From a virus: DNA of 64,000 nucleotides. The DNA is taken from positions 32,001 to 96,000 of the IMG/VR virus record IMGVR_UViG_3300025121_000023. One strand, given 5' to 3'. The translations under genes were made by a program, and so were the position numbers. Position 1 is the first letter of the stretch. Each line of letters opens with the position of its first letter. Under the pieces are notes generated by a model that made no database searches, was not told the origin of the DNA, and saw only the letters and a program-made list of their open reading frames with translations. Of the stretch, positions 30,291-40,154 are shown piece after piece.

Positions 30291-31406
30291 ATGAGTAGAG
30301 TATTAGTAATTGTTGATGTTCAAAAAGAATTTGATGATTTTATCCAACGTGATTTAGTAGATGAATTATATGATTATGCAGAAAAATTTGAAAAAGTATA
30401 TCAGATATGGGATTCTAATAAAAATCAAATAAAACCAACTTATGAATTTCCTAACCAGGTTAAATCAGTTAAAAAGAAATTCGGTAGAAACCATTTTAAT
30501 AATAAAGTCCAAAAATTTACACAAGATATTGAAGATGTATCTAAAGAAGGTACTACTTTTAAATTAACAAAAGGAAATGGATATATTATTAGAGTAGATA
30601 ACAATCATCAATGGTTTTATGTTAATCCAGAAATTACCGATTTAATTGAAGAATTAAAAGATGATGAAGTTGTTTTAGTTGGTGGTGCTGATGGTGAATG
30701 TCTTGAAGATGTTAAAGTAGCATTTGAAGCTTTTGGATTAAATTATAGAATTAATAAAAAATATGTTTATAGTGCCAAAACAGATAAAAATGATACGATT
30801 AAAGATAATATTAGTGAAGCTAAAAAACAAAAATTTGAATATGATGAAATTTGTTATAAAGTTCAAGATCAAGAAGATGAAGATTTTATTAAATCATATT
30901 TAACAACACAAGGGTATGATTATACAGGACTTAATTCAATACATACAAAACCATATTATTTATTTGTTGATATTAAAAAAGGTAATTTAACACATGATAC
31001 TATACATAGTCTTGATAGGCTTGGTGGTTTAATTAATTATACAAAAGAATATGAATATAGTATATATCCAGTAGTTTTTGATAGATCTAGTTTTAGTACT
31101 TTTAGAGGTATTATAGAATATGGAGAAATAATACCAGATTATAGACCAAGAAGAAAACTTAATGAATCTATAAAAGATATTTTAAAAGGAAAATCAAAAG
31201 AAGATATTGAAAATGCTATGGAAGATTTATTAACTAAAATAACTGATGAAGCAATAGAATTATTTCCGAAAAAATTTACTGAATGGACAGATACATATAA
31301 ATATTTTGAAAAATATAGAGATATAATAAAAAAATACATATTACAAAGTTATACTATTAGTAATGTTATTTATTATATTGTTAATGGATACGCAGAAAAA
31401 AAATAA
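30291..31406 (+). CDS. isochorismatase/cysteine-hydrolase-like domain fused to two extra modules
   Basis: LVIVDVQ..F, VGGADGECL; later PDYRPRRK-LNE-SIKDILKGKS. Confidence 0.6.
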   Translation: MSRVLVIVDVQKEFDDFIQRDLVDELYDYAEKFEKVYQIWDSNKNQIKPTYEFPNQVKSVKKKFGRNHFNNKVQKFTQDIEDVSKEGTTFKLTKGNGYIIRVDNNHQWFYVNPEITDLIEELKDDEVVLVGGADGECLEDVKVAFEAFGLNYRINKKYVYSAKTDKNDTIKDNISEAKKQKFEYDEICYKVQDQEDEDFIKSYLTTQGYDYTGLNSIHTKPYYLFVDIKKGNLTHDTIHSLDRLGGLINYTKEYEYSIYPVVFDRSSFSTFRGIIEYGEIIPDYRPRRKLNESIKDILKGKSKEDIENAMEDLLTKITDEAIELFPKKFTEWTDTYKYFEKYRDIIKKYILQSYTISNVIYYIVNGYAEKK

Positions 31407-31436
31407 ATTTCATTTTGAAAACTTTCTTTGGAATGT

Positions 31437-33143
31437 TTAATTAAAAGTAATATTCGAAAATAAATTTTTCTTTTCTACCGATAATATTCTATCAAATATT
31501 TTAGAATCAACATCTTCTAATCCATGATGCATTAGAATTAAATTTATTTTATTTTCAATTGAAAAGTCTTTTAACAAATCTAATATTAAACTAATATAAT
31601 CTTTATTAATTGAGTTAAATACTTCATCCATAAATAATATATTTATATTTTTAATTTCTCTTACTAATTTAATATAAGATATAGCAATACAAATATTTAC
31701 CATTTTCATTTCACCAGTAGATTCAGTTTCCGGATTTATTAATTCTCCTCTATCATATATATCAGCATCAAAATTATCATTCAAATGAACAGTATAAGGA
31801 AAGTTTATTTTTTCTAATAATTCGGTTAATGTTTTATTGATAGGTGGTATTAAAGAAGCTATAATAGATTTTCTTGCACCATTATCACCTAATATTTTAG
31901 ATAATTCTGTTAATGTATTAATTTCTTTTTTTATTAATTCTAATCTATTTAACTTTTCTTTTTTATTTTCTAATAATTTTTTACCTTTTAATTTTAATTC
32001 TTCCACTATATCAGAATTATCCATATCATATGAATCATATTTATATTTTAATATTTTAGCATCAGTTTTTATATTAGACAAATCATCTATTAATTGTCGT
32101 CTACCTTTATTAATAACATTTAATTGACTACTAATACTTTGATTTTCATCTTTATAATTATTTATTAATGATTCATTTTTTAATATTTTTTCTGTATATT
32201 CTGTTTCTTTTATTTTTAATTCATATAATAATTTAATATGTTCATCAGTATCTAAATTACTATTACAATACGGACATAAACCAGAATCAAATATTTTTAT
32301 TTTATTTCTAACTTCAACTAATTCTGTTCTTCTTCTAACATTTTCATTTTCATTAGAATTAATATGGTTTTTATGTTCTTGTAATTTAACATCAAATTCT
32401 GAAATTTTATTTTCTATGTTTTTAATTTCGGATAATTTTTCATTATATTTTATTTTAATATCTGATATTTTATTTTTTAGATCTTCTTTAGTATAATCTT
32501 TATTAGTTGATTTGCTATTTTTAATTATTTGAATATATTCTTTTAATTCTTTATCAATATTAGTTAATTCTATTGCTATTTTTTCTTTTTCTTTTTTATT
32601 TTGATTTATTAATTCTTTATTAATAGAATAATAATCATCTATTTCTTCCATATTAAATAATCTATTCAATAAATTCCTTTTATCTTCTGGTTTTAATTGA
32701 ATAAAATTTAGAAAATCATTAATACTTAATGATATGAATGATTTAAATGTTTGATAATTAAAACCGATAAAATTTTCTTTTTCAATATCGTTCATTAATT
32801 TATATCGTTCAGTAAAATTTTCATTATTTACTTTGATATTAAAATCGTTTGGTGCAATTTTTCTAACTATATCAATATTATCTCCTTTACTATTTAGAAA
32901 AAATAGTTCTACTTCTAAATTTTTATTTGTCCTATTTGGGAAATCTTTTAATGGAATTTTAGCTGATTTTTTTCCTCTAACTTGATTAAAGATACAAAGG
33001 TCTATGGCAGAAGCAATTACACTCTTACCAGCACCATTGGTTCCGTGGATAAGCCATAATCCACCATCATCATTAAATGTAATTTCCTGGATTTTATTTC
33101 CATAAGAAGCGATATTTTTAAATCTTAATTTTTTTAAATTCAT
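31437..33143 (-). CDS. SbcC/Rad50/gp46-like recombination ATPase
   Basis: Walker A GTNGAGKS, CPYC hook in coiled coil, STGE signature, LFMDE Walker B. Confidence 0.92.
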   Translation of the reverse strand: MNLKKLRFKNIASYGNKIQEITFNDDGGLWLIHGTNGAGKSVIASAIDLCIFNQVRGKKSAKIPLKDFPNRTNKNLEVELFFLNSKGDNIDIVRKIAPNDFNIKVNNENFTERYKLMNDIEKENFIGFNYQTFKSFISLSINDFLNFIQLKPEDKRNLLNRLFNMEEIDDYYSINKELINQNKKEKEKIAIELTNIDKELKEYIQIIKNSKSTNKDYTKEDLKNKISDIKIKYNEKLSEIKNIENKISEFDVKLQEHKNHINSNENENVRRRTELVEVRNKIKIFDSGLCPYCNSNLDTDEHIKLLYELKIKETEYTEKILKNESLINNYKDENQSISSQLNVINKGRRQLIDDLSNIKTDAKILKYKYDSYDMDNSDIVEELKLKGKKLLENKKEKLNRLELIKKEINTLTELSKILGDNGARKSIIASLIPPINKTLTELLEKINFPYTVHLNDNFDADIYDRGELINPETESTGEMKMVNICIAISYIKLVREIKNINILFMDEVFNSINKDYISLILDLLKDFSIENKINLILMHHGLEDVDSKIFDRILSVEKKNLFSNITFN

Positions 33144-33298
33144 TTATTTTTTTCGTCTTCTATTTTTTGTATTTCTTTTTTCACAAAATTTTCTATTAGT
33201 TTAGATTTATTAAATTGTTTATTATCTTCAATATATTCATCTAATACGTTATTAACTTTTTTATCAATAGTAATAGTAATTTTACTTCTTTTTTTCAT
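33140..33298 (-). CDS. ribbon-helix-helix protein (52 aa)
   Basis: Manual translation MKKRSKITITIDKKVNNVLDEY...NKSKLIENFV; TGA overlaps the SbcC ATG. Confidence 0.7.
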   Translation of the reverse strand: MKKRSKITITIDKKVNNVLDEYIEDNKQFNKSKLIENFVKKEIQKIEDEKNK

Positions 33299-33416
33299 AA
33301 AATGTTTTTTTATTTATTATATATTAAAAGGTGTTTAAAGTTTTTTAATAATTTTTACCATTTTTGTCATTTTTGACTTTTAATATTTTATATATACTAT
33401 AAAACAAATATAAATT

Positions 33417-33578
33417 ATGAAAGTAAAAACGAAAACGAAAGTAGAATTATCCATATCATTTGATGATGATTTATTAAAATATATAAAAGAAAATTATGTA
33501 AATAGATCTAAATTTATTGAATATTGTGTTATACAAGAATTATCTAAATTTGATAAATATAAAAATAAATTATCATAA
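33417..33578 (+). CDS. ribbon-helix-helix protein (53 aa)
   Basis: Manual translation MKVKTKTKVELSISFDDDLLKYIKENYVNRSKFIEYCV; TAA overlaps the endonuclease ATG. Confidence 0.7.
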   Translation: MKVKTKTKVELSISFDDDLLKYIKENYVNRSKFIEYCVIQELSKFDKYKNKLS

Positions 33579-34681
33579 TGAAAAGAAAAACTACCGATGA
33601 ATTTATATTAGATGCACAAAAAGTTCACAAAGATAAATATAATTATTCATTAGTTGATTATATAAATACTAAAACTAATGTTAAAATTATATGTAATATA
33701 CACGGAGAATTTGAACAATTACCAGCCAATCATTTGATAGGTAAGGGTTGTTATAAATGTGGAAGAATAACAACAACAAAGAAAAAATCTTTATCTACTG
33801 ACGAATTTATAATACGTTCCAAAAAAATTCACAATAATAAATATGATTATAATTTAGTAAAATATATAAATAATAAAACCAAAGTTAAAATTATATGTCC
33901 TGAACACGGATTATTTGAACAAATACCTAATTATCATATAAACAATGGAAGTGGTTGCCCTAAATGTAAATTTGAAAAAATAGCAAAGTTATATTCCAGA
34001 AGTAATAATGATTTTTTATTACAGGCAAAAAAAATTCACGGGAATATATATGATTATTCGTTAGTAAATTATAAAAATGATATAACAAAAGTAAAATTAA
34101 TATGCTTAATACACGGAGAATTCGAACAAACACCCAATAAACATTTAAAGGGTAGAGGTTGTCAAAAATGTGGAGGAACAAGTCTAAAAACAACAGAACA
34201 ATTTATTATAGATGCTAAAAAAATACATAATAAAAAGTATGATTATAAATTAGTTAATTATAAAGGGAATCGAATTAAAATTAAAATTATTTGTAATGAA
34301 CACGGGATATTTAATATAATTCCAGTTAAACATTTAATAGGTAGAGGTTGTCCTAAATGTAGAGAAACAATAGGAGAAACCAAAGTTAGAACATTATTAG
34401 AAAATAATAATATAAGTTATGAAATACAAAAGACATTTGATGGATGTATATATGAAAAATCTTTAAAATTTGATTTTTATTTACCTGATAAAAATATAGC
34501 AATTGAGTTTGATGGGATACAACATTTTGAACCCATTGAATGGTTTGGGGGAGAAAAAAGATTTAAAATTCAACAAAAAATAGATTTAATTAAAACTAAT
34601 TATTGTAAGGATAATAATATTAAATTAATAAGAATATCGTATTTGGAAAATGTTGATATTAAACTTAATGCTTTCTTTTAA
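33578..34681 (+). CDS. free-standing endonuclease (repeated CxxHG..H..GxGCxxC domains plus PD-(D/E)xK/Vsr-like domain)
   Basis: Four HxxxYDYSxVxY...ICxxHG repeats; FDFYL..IEFDG.QH. Confidence 0.8.
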   Translation: MKRKTTDEFILDAQKVHKDKYNYSLVDYINTKTNVKIICNIHGEFEQLPANHLIGKGCYKCGRITTTKKKSLSTDEFIIRSKKIHNNKYDYNLVKYINNKTKVKIICPEHGLFEQIPNYHINNGSGCPKCKFEKIAKLYSRSNNDFLLQAKKIHGNIYDYSLVNYKNDITKVKLICLIHGEFEQTPNKHLKGRGCQKCGGTSLKTTEQFIIDAKKIHNKKYDYKLVNYKGNRIKIKIICNEHGIFNIIPVKHLIGRGCPKCRETIGETKVRTLLENNNISYEIQKTFDGCIYEKSLKFDFYLPDKNIAIEFDGIQHFEPIEWFGGEKRFKIQQKIDLIKTNYCKDNNIKLIRISYLENVDIKLNAFF

Positions 34682-34951
34682 AAAATTTTTTAATTATCAT
34701 AAATAATATAGATTAAAAATTTAATTTTGTTTTATTAATTTATGAATTCATATGATTAATGAATTATTTAAATGCTTTTAACATATAATTTAATGAAAAC
34801 TTTTTTTTTCTATAAGTATATATTAAAAGAAATAGTGGAATGATATTAAAAATAATATCAAAAAATGATTTTATAAAAAATAGTTTAGGATCTTATAAAT
34901 CATCTTTAAAAAATAAATGGTTAGATGAAATATGTAACTATATATTAAAAA

Positions 34952-35740
34952 TTGAATACAGGATATATGACAAATACTATGATTCAAGGCGATTGTCTTG
35001 TTGAAATGCAAAAAATCGAAGATAAATCTATTGATATGATCTTTGCTGACCTACCTTTTGGAACTACAAACTGCAAATGGGATTCACCAATAGATTTAAA
35101 TTTATTATGGATACAATATAAAAGAATAATCAAAGACAATGGTACTATTTTATTATTTGCTCAAACACCGTTTGATAAAGTGCTAGGATGTTCAAATTTA
35201 GAATGGTTAAGGTATGAATGGATTTGGGAGAAAACACAACCAACAGGTCATCTTAATGCAAAAAAGATGCCGATGAAAGCACATGAAAATATACTAGTAT
35301 TCTATAAACATCTTCCAGTATACAACCCTATTAAAACTTTTGATCATAAAAGAAAAGTATCCACAGCACATCATAAAAGAAATACTAATCAAGGTGAAAT
35401 TTATCACGAACATGGTAAATTTGTAGATTATGATAGTACAGAAAGATACCCAAGAAGCGTATTGAAATTTGCAAGTGATAAACAGAAAGTTAATTTACAT
35501 AGCGCACAAAAACCATTATTATTATGTGAATATATGATTAAAACCTATACTAATGAGGGGGATACAGTATTAGATAATGTTATGGGATCTGGAACGATTG
35601 GAGTTGCGTGTTTTAATTTAAATAGAAATTTTATTGGAATGGAAATATATAAAGATATTTTTGATATTGCTAAAAAAAGAATTCAATTCCATTCACGTAG
35701 AATTAAATTAAAAAAATTATTAAAAAACATAAATCAATAA
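34952..35740 (+). CDS. DNA N6-A/N4-C methyltransferase, beta class (likely ATG at 34967)
   Basis: GDCL, DLPF (motif IV variant), HE.I, H..QKP, VLD..MGSGT. Confidence 0.9.
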   Translation: MNTGYMTNTMIQGDCLVEMQKIEDKSIDMIFADLPFGTTNCKWDSPIDLNLLWIQYKRIIKDNGTILLFAQTPFDKVLGCSNLEWLRYEWIWEKTQPTGHLNAKKMPMKAHENILVFYKHLPVYNPIKTFDHKRKVSTAHHKRNTNQGEIYHEHGKFVDYDSTERYPRSVLKFASDKQKVNLHSAQKPLLLCEYMIKTYTNEGDTVLDNVMGSGTIGVACFNLNRNFIGMEIYKDIFDIAKKRIQFHSRRIKLKKLLKNINQ

Positions 35741-35947
35741 AAAGTTGAATTTATATACAATATTAAATTTTTATGTGTTGATTTTATATACATTGTATAA
35801 AAAATCAACACCACTATAAATATATTATAATCAGCAGTTTATAAATTTAGTGCTGAATTTATATACATAAATCTTTAAAATATTTTTATTTCAGAACTAT
35901 TAATTATCTATCATACAACGTATTGTTTCATTTGGTATTATAATTGT
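35741..35947 (+). promoter_or_regulatory. possible activator sites and degenerate sigma54-like promoter
   Basis: TGA[A/T]TTTATATACA x3, IR GTGTTGATTTT/AAAATCAACAC, TGG-N10-GT at 35933-35947. Confidence 0.35.
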
Positions 35948-35988
35948 TTATAATAACTTAAATTATTAACAAAAAAAATCCAAATAAA

Positions 35989-36678
35989 ATGGCAATATTA
36001 TTATTAATTTCGTTTCTTATAGTTATGTTATCTATAGATGCGATAATTCAGTACAAAAGAAAAAATAAAGAAGATGTATCAGTAAAAAATTATTTTAATA
36101 CAACTGATTTATTAGACGAAAAAAAAATTATTATACCAAGAGGTATACTTTTTGACAAAACACATACTTGGACACATATGAAAAAATATGGTAATGTTAG
36201 AGTAGGTGTTAATGATTTTCTACAACATATTATTGGTGATATAACAAAAGTAATTATGAAAAACAACAATGAATATGTTAAAAGAAATGATTTATTATTA
36301 TCTATTATTCAAAATGGTAAAAAAATTAATTTATATTCACCAGTGAATGGTAAAATTGTTTGTTGTAATAATAATTTATTAAAAAATTCTAATTTAATAA
36401 ATGAATCTCCTTATGAAGATGGGTGGATATATGAAATATCCCCTACTAATTGGGAAAAAGATATAAAAAGTATGTTAATGGATAAAACTGCTTTTGAATG
36501 GATTGAAACAGAATTTGTAAGATTTAAAGATTTTTTAACTAATACACAATTAAAAAATAAAGAAGAATTAATAATATTACAAGATGGCGGAGAAATAAAA
36601 GACAAAATACTATCTAATTTTGGTCCTGAAATGTGGGAAGAATTTCAGTTAAATTTCATCAATAAAAATAAATTATAA
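35989..36678 (+). CDS. membrane-anchored GcvH-like protein
   Basis: N-terminal TM, HTW, VGVNDF, SPVNG, NxxPYxxGW, LQDGG. Confidence 0.8.
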   Translation: MAILLLISFLIVMLSIDAIIQYKRKNKEDVSVKNYFNTTDLLDEKKIIIPRGILFDKTHTWTHMKKYGNVRVGVNDFLQHIIGDITKVIMKNNNEYVKRNDLLLSIIQNGKKINLYSPVNGKIVCCNNNLLKNSNLINESPYEDGWIYEISPTNWEKDIKSMLMDKTAFEWIETEFVRFKDFLTNTQLKNKEELIILQDGGEIKDKILSNFGPEMWEEFQLNFINKNKL

Positions 36679-36682
36679 CAAA

Positions 36683-37384
36683 ATGGATCCAAATACATAT
36701 ATAAATATATTCGAAACAAAAGGTTTAGAATATATTTTAACAATACTATATTTTGCAATTTTAATACCATTTTGGATTGTTTTAAACAATCCAAAAGTGA
36801 GAAAGTATCTTAAAGATAAAATAAAAGTTATAACATTAAGCATATTAAAAATACCACGTGGTATATTTTTCAGTAAGAATTATACGTGGTCATATTTAGA
36901 AAAATCTGGTTTGGCTAATGTTGGTGTTAATGATTTATTTCAACATTTTGTTGGTAATGTGGAAGTAAAACATATTAGAAAGACAGGTGATTTAATAAGA
37001 AAAGGACAAATAATAACATTAATAAGTAAAAATGATAAAATACTTAAAATAAGCTCTCCTATATCTGGGGAAATTGTTAAAATTAATAAATCATTAGAAA
37101 TTAATTCAGAATTATTAAATGATAATCCATATAATAAAGGTTGGTTTTATTCTATTAAACCTAGTGATTGGTCTAATGAAACAAAAAAATATTTTTTATC
37201 AGAAGATTCTGTAAATTGGGTTAATAATCAATTATCTGTTTTTAAAGATTTTTTATCTAATTCTATATCATCAGATAATAATTTAATTTTACAAGATGGT
37301 GGTGAATTATTAGATAATACATTATCTGAATTGCCAATTAATGTATGGAATGATTTTCAAAAAGAATTTTTAAATGATATTTAA
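36683..37384 (+). CDS. membrane-anchored GcvH-like protein
   Basis: FETKGLEY + TM, VGVND, SPISG, NxxPYxxGW, LQDGG. Confidence 0.8.
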   Translation: MDPNTYINIFETKGLEYILTILYFAILIPFWIVLNNPKVRKYLKDKIKVITLSILKIPRGIFFSKNYTWSYLEKSGLANVGVNDLFQHFVGNVEVKHIRKTGDLIRKGQIITLISKNDKILKISSPISGEIVKINKSLEINSELLNDNPYNKGWFYSIKPSDWSNETKKYFLSEDSVNWVNNQLSVFKDFLSNSISSDNNLILQDGGELLDNTLSELPINVWNDFQKEFLNDI

Positions 37385-37400
37385 AAATAAATAATTATTT

Positions 37401-37853
37401 TTATAATAAATTTGAATATGGTTCAATTTTAGTAATTAATTTTAATGCTTGATTTTTTGTTATAGTTGTGTATTTATCTTCATCGAATATATAGATAACT
37501 TTTGAAAATTCATATATCTTTAAATTTCCATAATCATAGTTTATGTTTAACCCACACTTATCTATCATTATCTTTAACCTTTGTATGAACTCAATTAAAT
37601 TATCATGATCAGTTATATACATTGAACCTATATCTGTATTTATACATATTGAACCTATAACTGATACTGATACATATTCCATATTCTGAAAACCAATGTA
37701 TAAAAACATAGTGGTATCTTTATCAGATATTGCTTCATTAAATGACCAATCAATAGTACCTATTTTTCCATTTTGCAATTTTTTATGTTGAGCTTGACAA
37801 AATCCAATTAATGATACCATTATCATTAACATAATTAATTTAGTTTTTATCAT
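37401..37853 (-). CDS. secreted hypothetical protein
   Basis: Signal peptide ending CQA-Q. Confidence 0.6.
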   Translation of the reverse strand: MIKTKLIMLMIMVSLIGFCQAQHKKLQNGKIGTIDWSFNEAISDKDTTMFLYIGFQNMEYVSVSVIGSICINTDIGSMYITDHDNLIEFIQRLKIMIDKCGLNINYDYGNLKIYEFSKVIYIFDEDKYTTITKNQALKLITKIEPYSNLL

Positions 37854-37881
37854 AATTTAATTTTTTAAGTTTATATTTAAA

Positions 37882-37932
37882 ATTAAAGTACAAAGATAAT
37901 AAAAATAATTTTTATTATCTTTGTACTTTAAT
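37882..37932. repeat. perfect 24-bp-arm palindrome containing a TATCTTTG element in each arm
   Basis: ATTAAAGTACAAAGATAATAAAAA-TAA-TTTTTATTATCTTTGTACTTTAAT. Confidence 0.85.
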
Positions 37933-37984
37933 AATATTTTTTTGTGTCTATTTTAATAAATTTTTTATGAATTTAGATTTATTT

Positions 37985-38908
37985 TTATATGTACAGTGCT
38001 TTTGCTTTTCTTCTTTGCCTAGTATTTTTACCAATAGTTAAAAGATTTTTTAATTTCATTGCTCTATGTAATCTTGTAATACCTATACCAGCACCATATC
38101 TTTCAATCATTGGTAATGATAAATATTCTTTTAATTCATCTTCAACTCTTTCTTTTGAAAATTTATCATATAATAATTTAGAGTATTCACCATCTGATAT
38201 TGTATGAAAACTATCTAACATTTGTTTTGTATCACACGATCTTTCAGCGGCACCAAATGTTTCTTGACCACATATAATAAAATCACATTTATTATATAAT
38301 TCATCACCTGTTTTTTCATCTACCCCATGATATGACATATTAAAAAAAGGCGATGTTCTCTTTGGGAAATGTGTTATTGCTACTACATCACCATATTCTT
38401 CCCACATCATATTTTCGTGTTCAGATTCTAAAATATCTACACCATATTTATCACATAATTCATTATAAGTAAAGAATGGTATATCTTCTATACTTTCTAC
38501 AAATCCTAAATGTACACTTAATTCACTCATAGTTCTTATAAGTCCTTGAAAATCACCTTTATGTTCAAACTCAAACATTCCAAAAATTTTTTTGTGTCGA
38601 TTTTCAATAGGGTTTTTTTCATCTCTATATGAAGTAGTTGTACAATATATTCCATCTGCTTCTTCTGGCATAGTTAATAATATCATCTCCAAACTCATTT
38701 GATTTGTCTGTGCCAACGGCCAAGTGTTTCCATCAAATGAAAATGATCTTAATGTAGATGGATCTTCACAAGCTGCTAAAATAGATTTTATTGGTGATGG
38801 AAATACTTCTTTGTAATTTTTTTGGCTAAAAAAAGACCTCATTAATTTAATAATGAGGTCAAAGTCTTGAGGACCAATTACTTCTTGATTAAAAATTTTT
38901 TTCGTCAT
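37985..38908 (-). CDS. AsnRS/AspRS catalytic-domain paralog lacking the anticodon domain (asparagine synthetase AS-AR/AsnS2-like)
   Basis: Class II motif 2 YRDE...RH..IF.MFEFE, E..G.AER, motif 3 GAGIGITRL. Confidence 0.75.
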   Translation of the reverse strand: MTKKIFNQEVIGPQDFDLIIKLMRSFFSQKNYKEVFPSPIKSILAACEDPSTLRSFSFDGNTWPLAQTNQMSLEMILLTMPEEADGIYCTTTSYRDEKNPIENRHKKIFGMFEFEHKGDFQGLIRTMSELSVHLGFVESIEDIPFFTYNELCDKYGVDILESEHENMMWEEYGDVVAITHFPKRTSPFFNMSYHGVDEKTGDELYNKCDFIICGQETFGAAERSCDTKQMLDSFHTISDGEYSKLLYDKFSKERVEDELKEYLSLPMIERYGAGIGITRLHRAMKLKNLLTIGKNTRQRRKAKALYI

Positions 38909-39006
38909 AAATGTTTTTTTTTAAGGGCAAAAAATTACCCAAAAACAGTCTTGTTATATATTAATATTTTATGTTCTATTTTTTCTAAAAATGAATTATA
39001 CAAATT

Positions 39007-39038
39007 AAAAAAGGTGAATAAAATTTATTCACCTTTTT
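39007..39038. terminator. intrinsic terminator (bidirectional)
   Basis: AAAAAAGGTGAATAAA-ATTTATTCACCTTTTT. Confidence 0.75.
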
Positions 39039-39110
39039 GAGCATATCTGTGGAATTTAACCACCCCTAATCACAGGTTTGTGATTTATGCAAACATTACA
39101 CCTTAATAGC
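39039..39110 (-). tRNA. degenerate tRNA-like element (pseudo-tRNA)
   Basis: D-arm-like GTGTAATGTTTGCAT, stem AATCACA/TGTGATT, T-arm-like GTGG-TTAAATT-CCAC; acceptor stem poor. Confidence 0.3.
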
Positions 39111-39206
39111 AATTATTATTTATATATTTAATTTTTAAATTAGTTTAAATTAAATTAATATATAATTATATATTAAAAAAATTATATGATAATTTAAAAG
39201 AAACAA

Positions 39207-40112
39207 ATGAATAAATTAACATTAGAAAAATTTATCGAAAAATCTAAAAAAATACATGGTGATAAATATGATTATAGTTTAATTATTACTTTTGAAAATA
39301 ATAAATCTAAAATAGATATCATTTGTCCAATACACGGTATATTTAAACAAAGATTGTCAAGTCATTTTACATACGGTTGTAGCAAATGTTCATTTGATGA
39401 ACTAAAAACAAAACCAGAAGACTTTTTTATAAAAGTTAATAAAAAATATAATTCGTTTTTTAGTTATAATGAAAATAGTTTTGTAGATATGAATACCCCT
39501 ATGAAAATAATATGCCCTATTCATGGAGAATTTTTGCAAAAACCTAGTAATCACTTATATAGAAAAGGTTGTAAAAAATGTAAAAATGAAAAAATAGGTA
39601 ATTTAAAAAGAAATAAGTTAGATTATTTCATAAACCAATCTAATATTGTTCATAATAGTTTTTTTGATTATACAAACGTAATTTACATAGATAATAAAAC
39701 TAAAGTTAAAATTAATTGTCCAACACATGGTATATTTAAACAAAGACCAGATGATCATATAAGAGGTATTGGTTGCCCTATTTGTAATGAAAGTAAAGGA
39801 GAAAAACAATTAAGAATTATATTAAAAAAATATAATATTGAATTTGAAATACAAAAAATATTTAAAAATTGTAAAAACGTAAGAACATTACCATTTGATT
39901 TTTATTTACCTGAAAAAAATATATGCATTGAATATGACGGAGAACAACATTTCAAAGAAAATACTTTTTGGGGTGGTAAAGATGCTTTTAAAAAACAACA
40001 AATGAGAGATAAAATAAAAACCGATTTTTGCAAAAAAAATAATATAAAATTACTTCGTATAAGATACGATGAAAATATAAAAGAAAAATTATCTAATTAT
40101 TTAAATATTTAA
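39207..40112 (+). CDS. free-standing endonuclease, family of 33578..34681
   Basis: CPIHG repeats, FDFYL..IEYDGEQH. Confidence 0.8.
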   Translation: MNKLTLEKFIEKSKKIHGDKYDYSLIITFENNKSKIDIICPIHGIFKQRLSSHFTYGCSKCSFDELKTKPEDFFIKVNKKYNSFFSYNENSFVDMNTPMKIICPIHGEFLQKPSNHLYRKGCKKCKNEKIGNLKRNKLDYFINQSNIVHNSFFDYTNVIYIDNKTKVKINCPTHGIFKQRPDDHIRGIGCPICNESKGEKQLRIILKKYNIEFEIQKIFKNCKNVRTLPFDFYLPEKNICIEYDGEQHFKENTFWGGKDAFKKQQMRDKIKTDFCKKNNIKLLRIRYDENIKEKLSNYLNI

Positions 40113-40154
40113 CAACAGTATATATCGATTTAATAGAAAAAGATAAAGAAACAA

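Noticed and set aside
34952-35740. Restriction-modification system with the upstream endonuclease
   Set aside because: The nuclease belongs to a multi-copy homing-type family and the two genes are separated by a relic; an orphan methyltransferase is more likely
36851-36864. Palindrome ATACCACGTGGTAT as a third parS
   Set aside because: Only the CCACGTGG core matches, and it encodes IPRG, which is conserved in both paralogs
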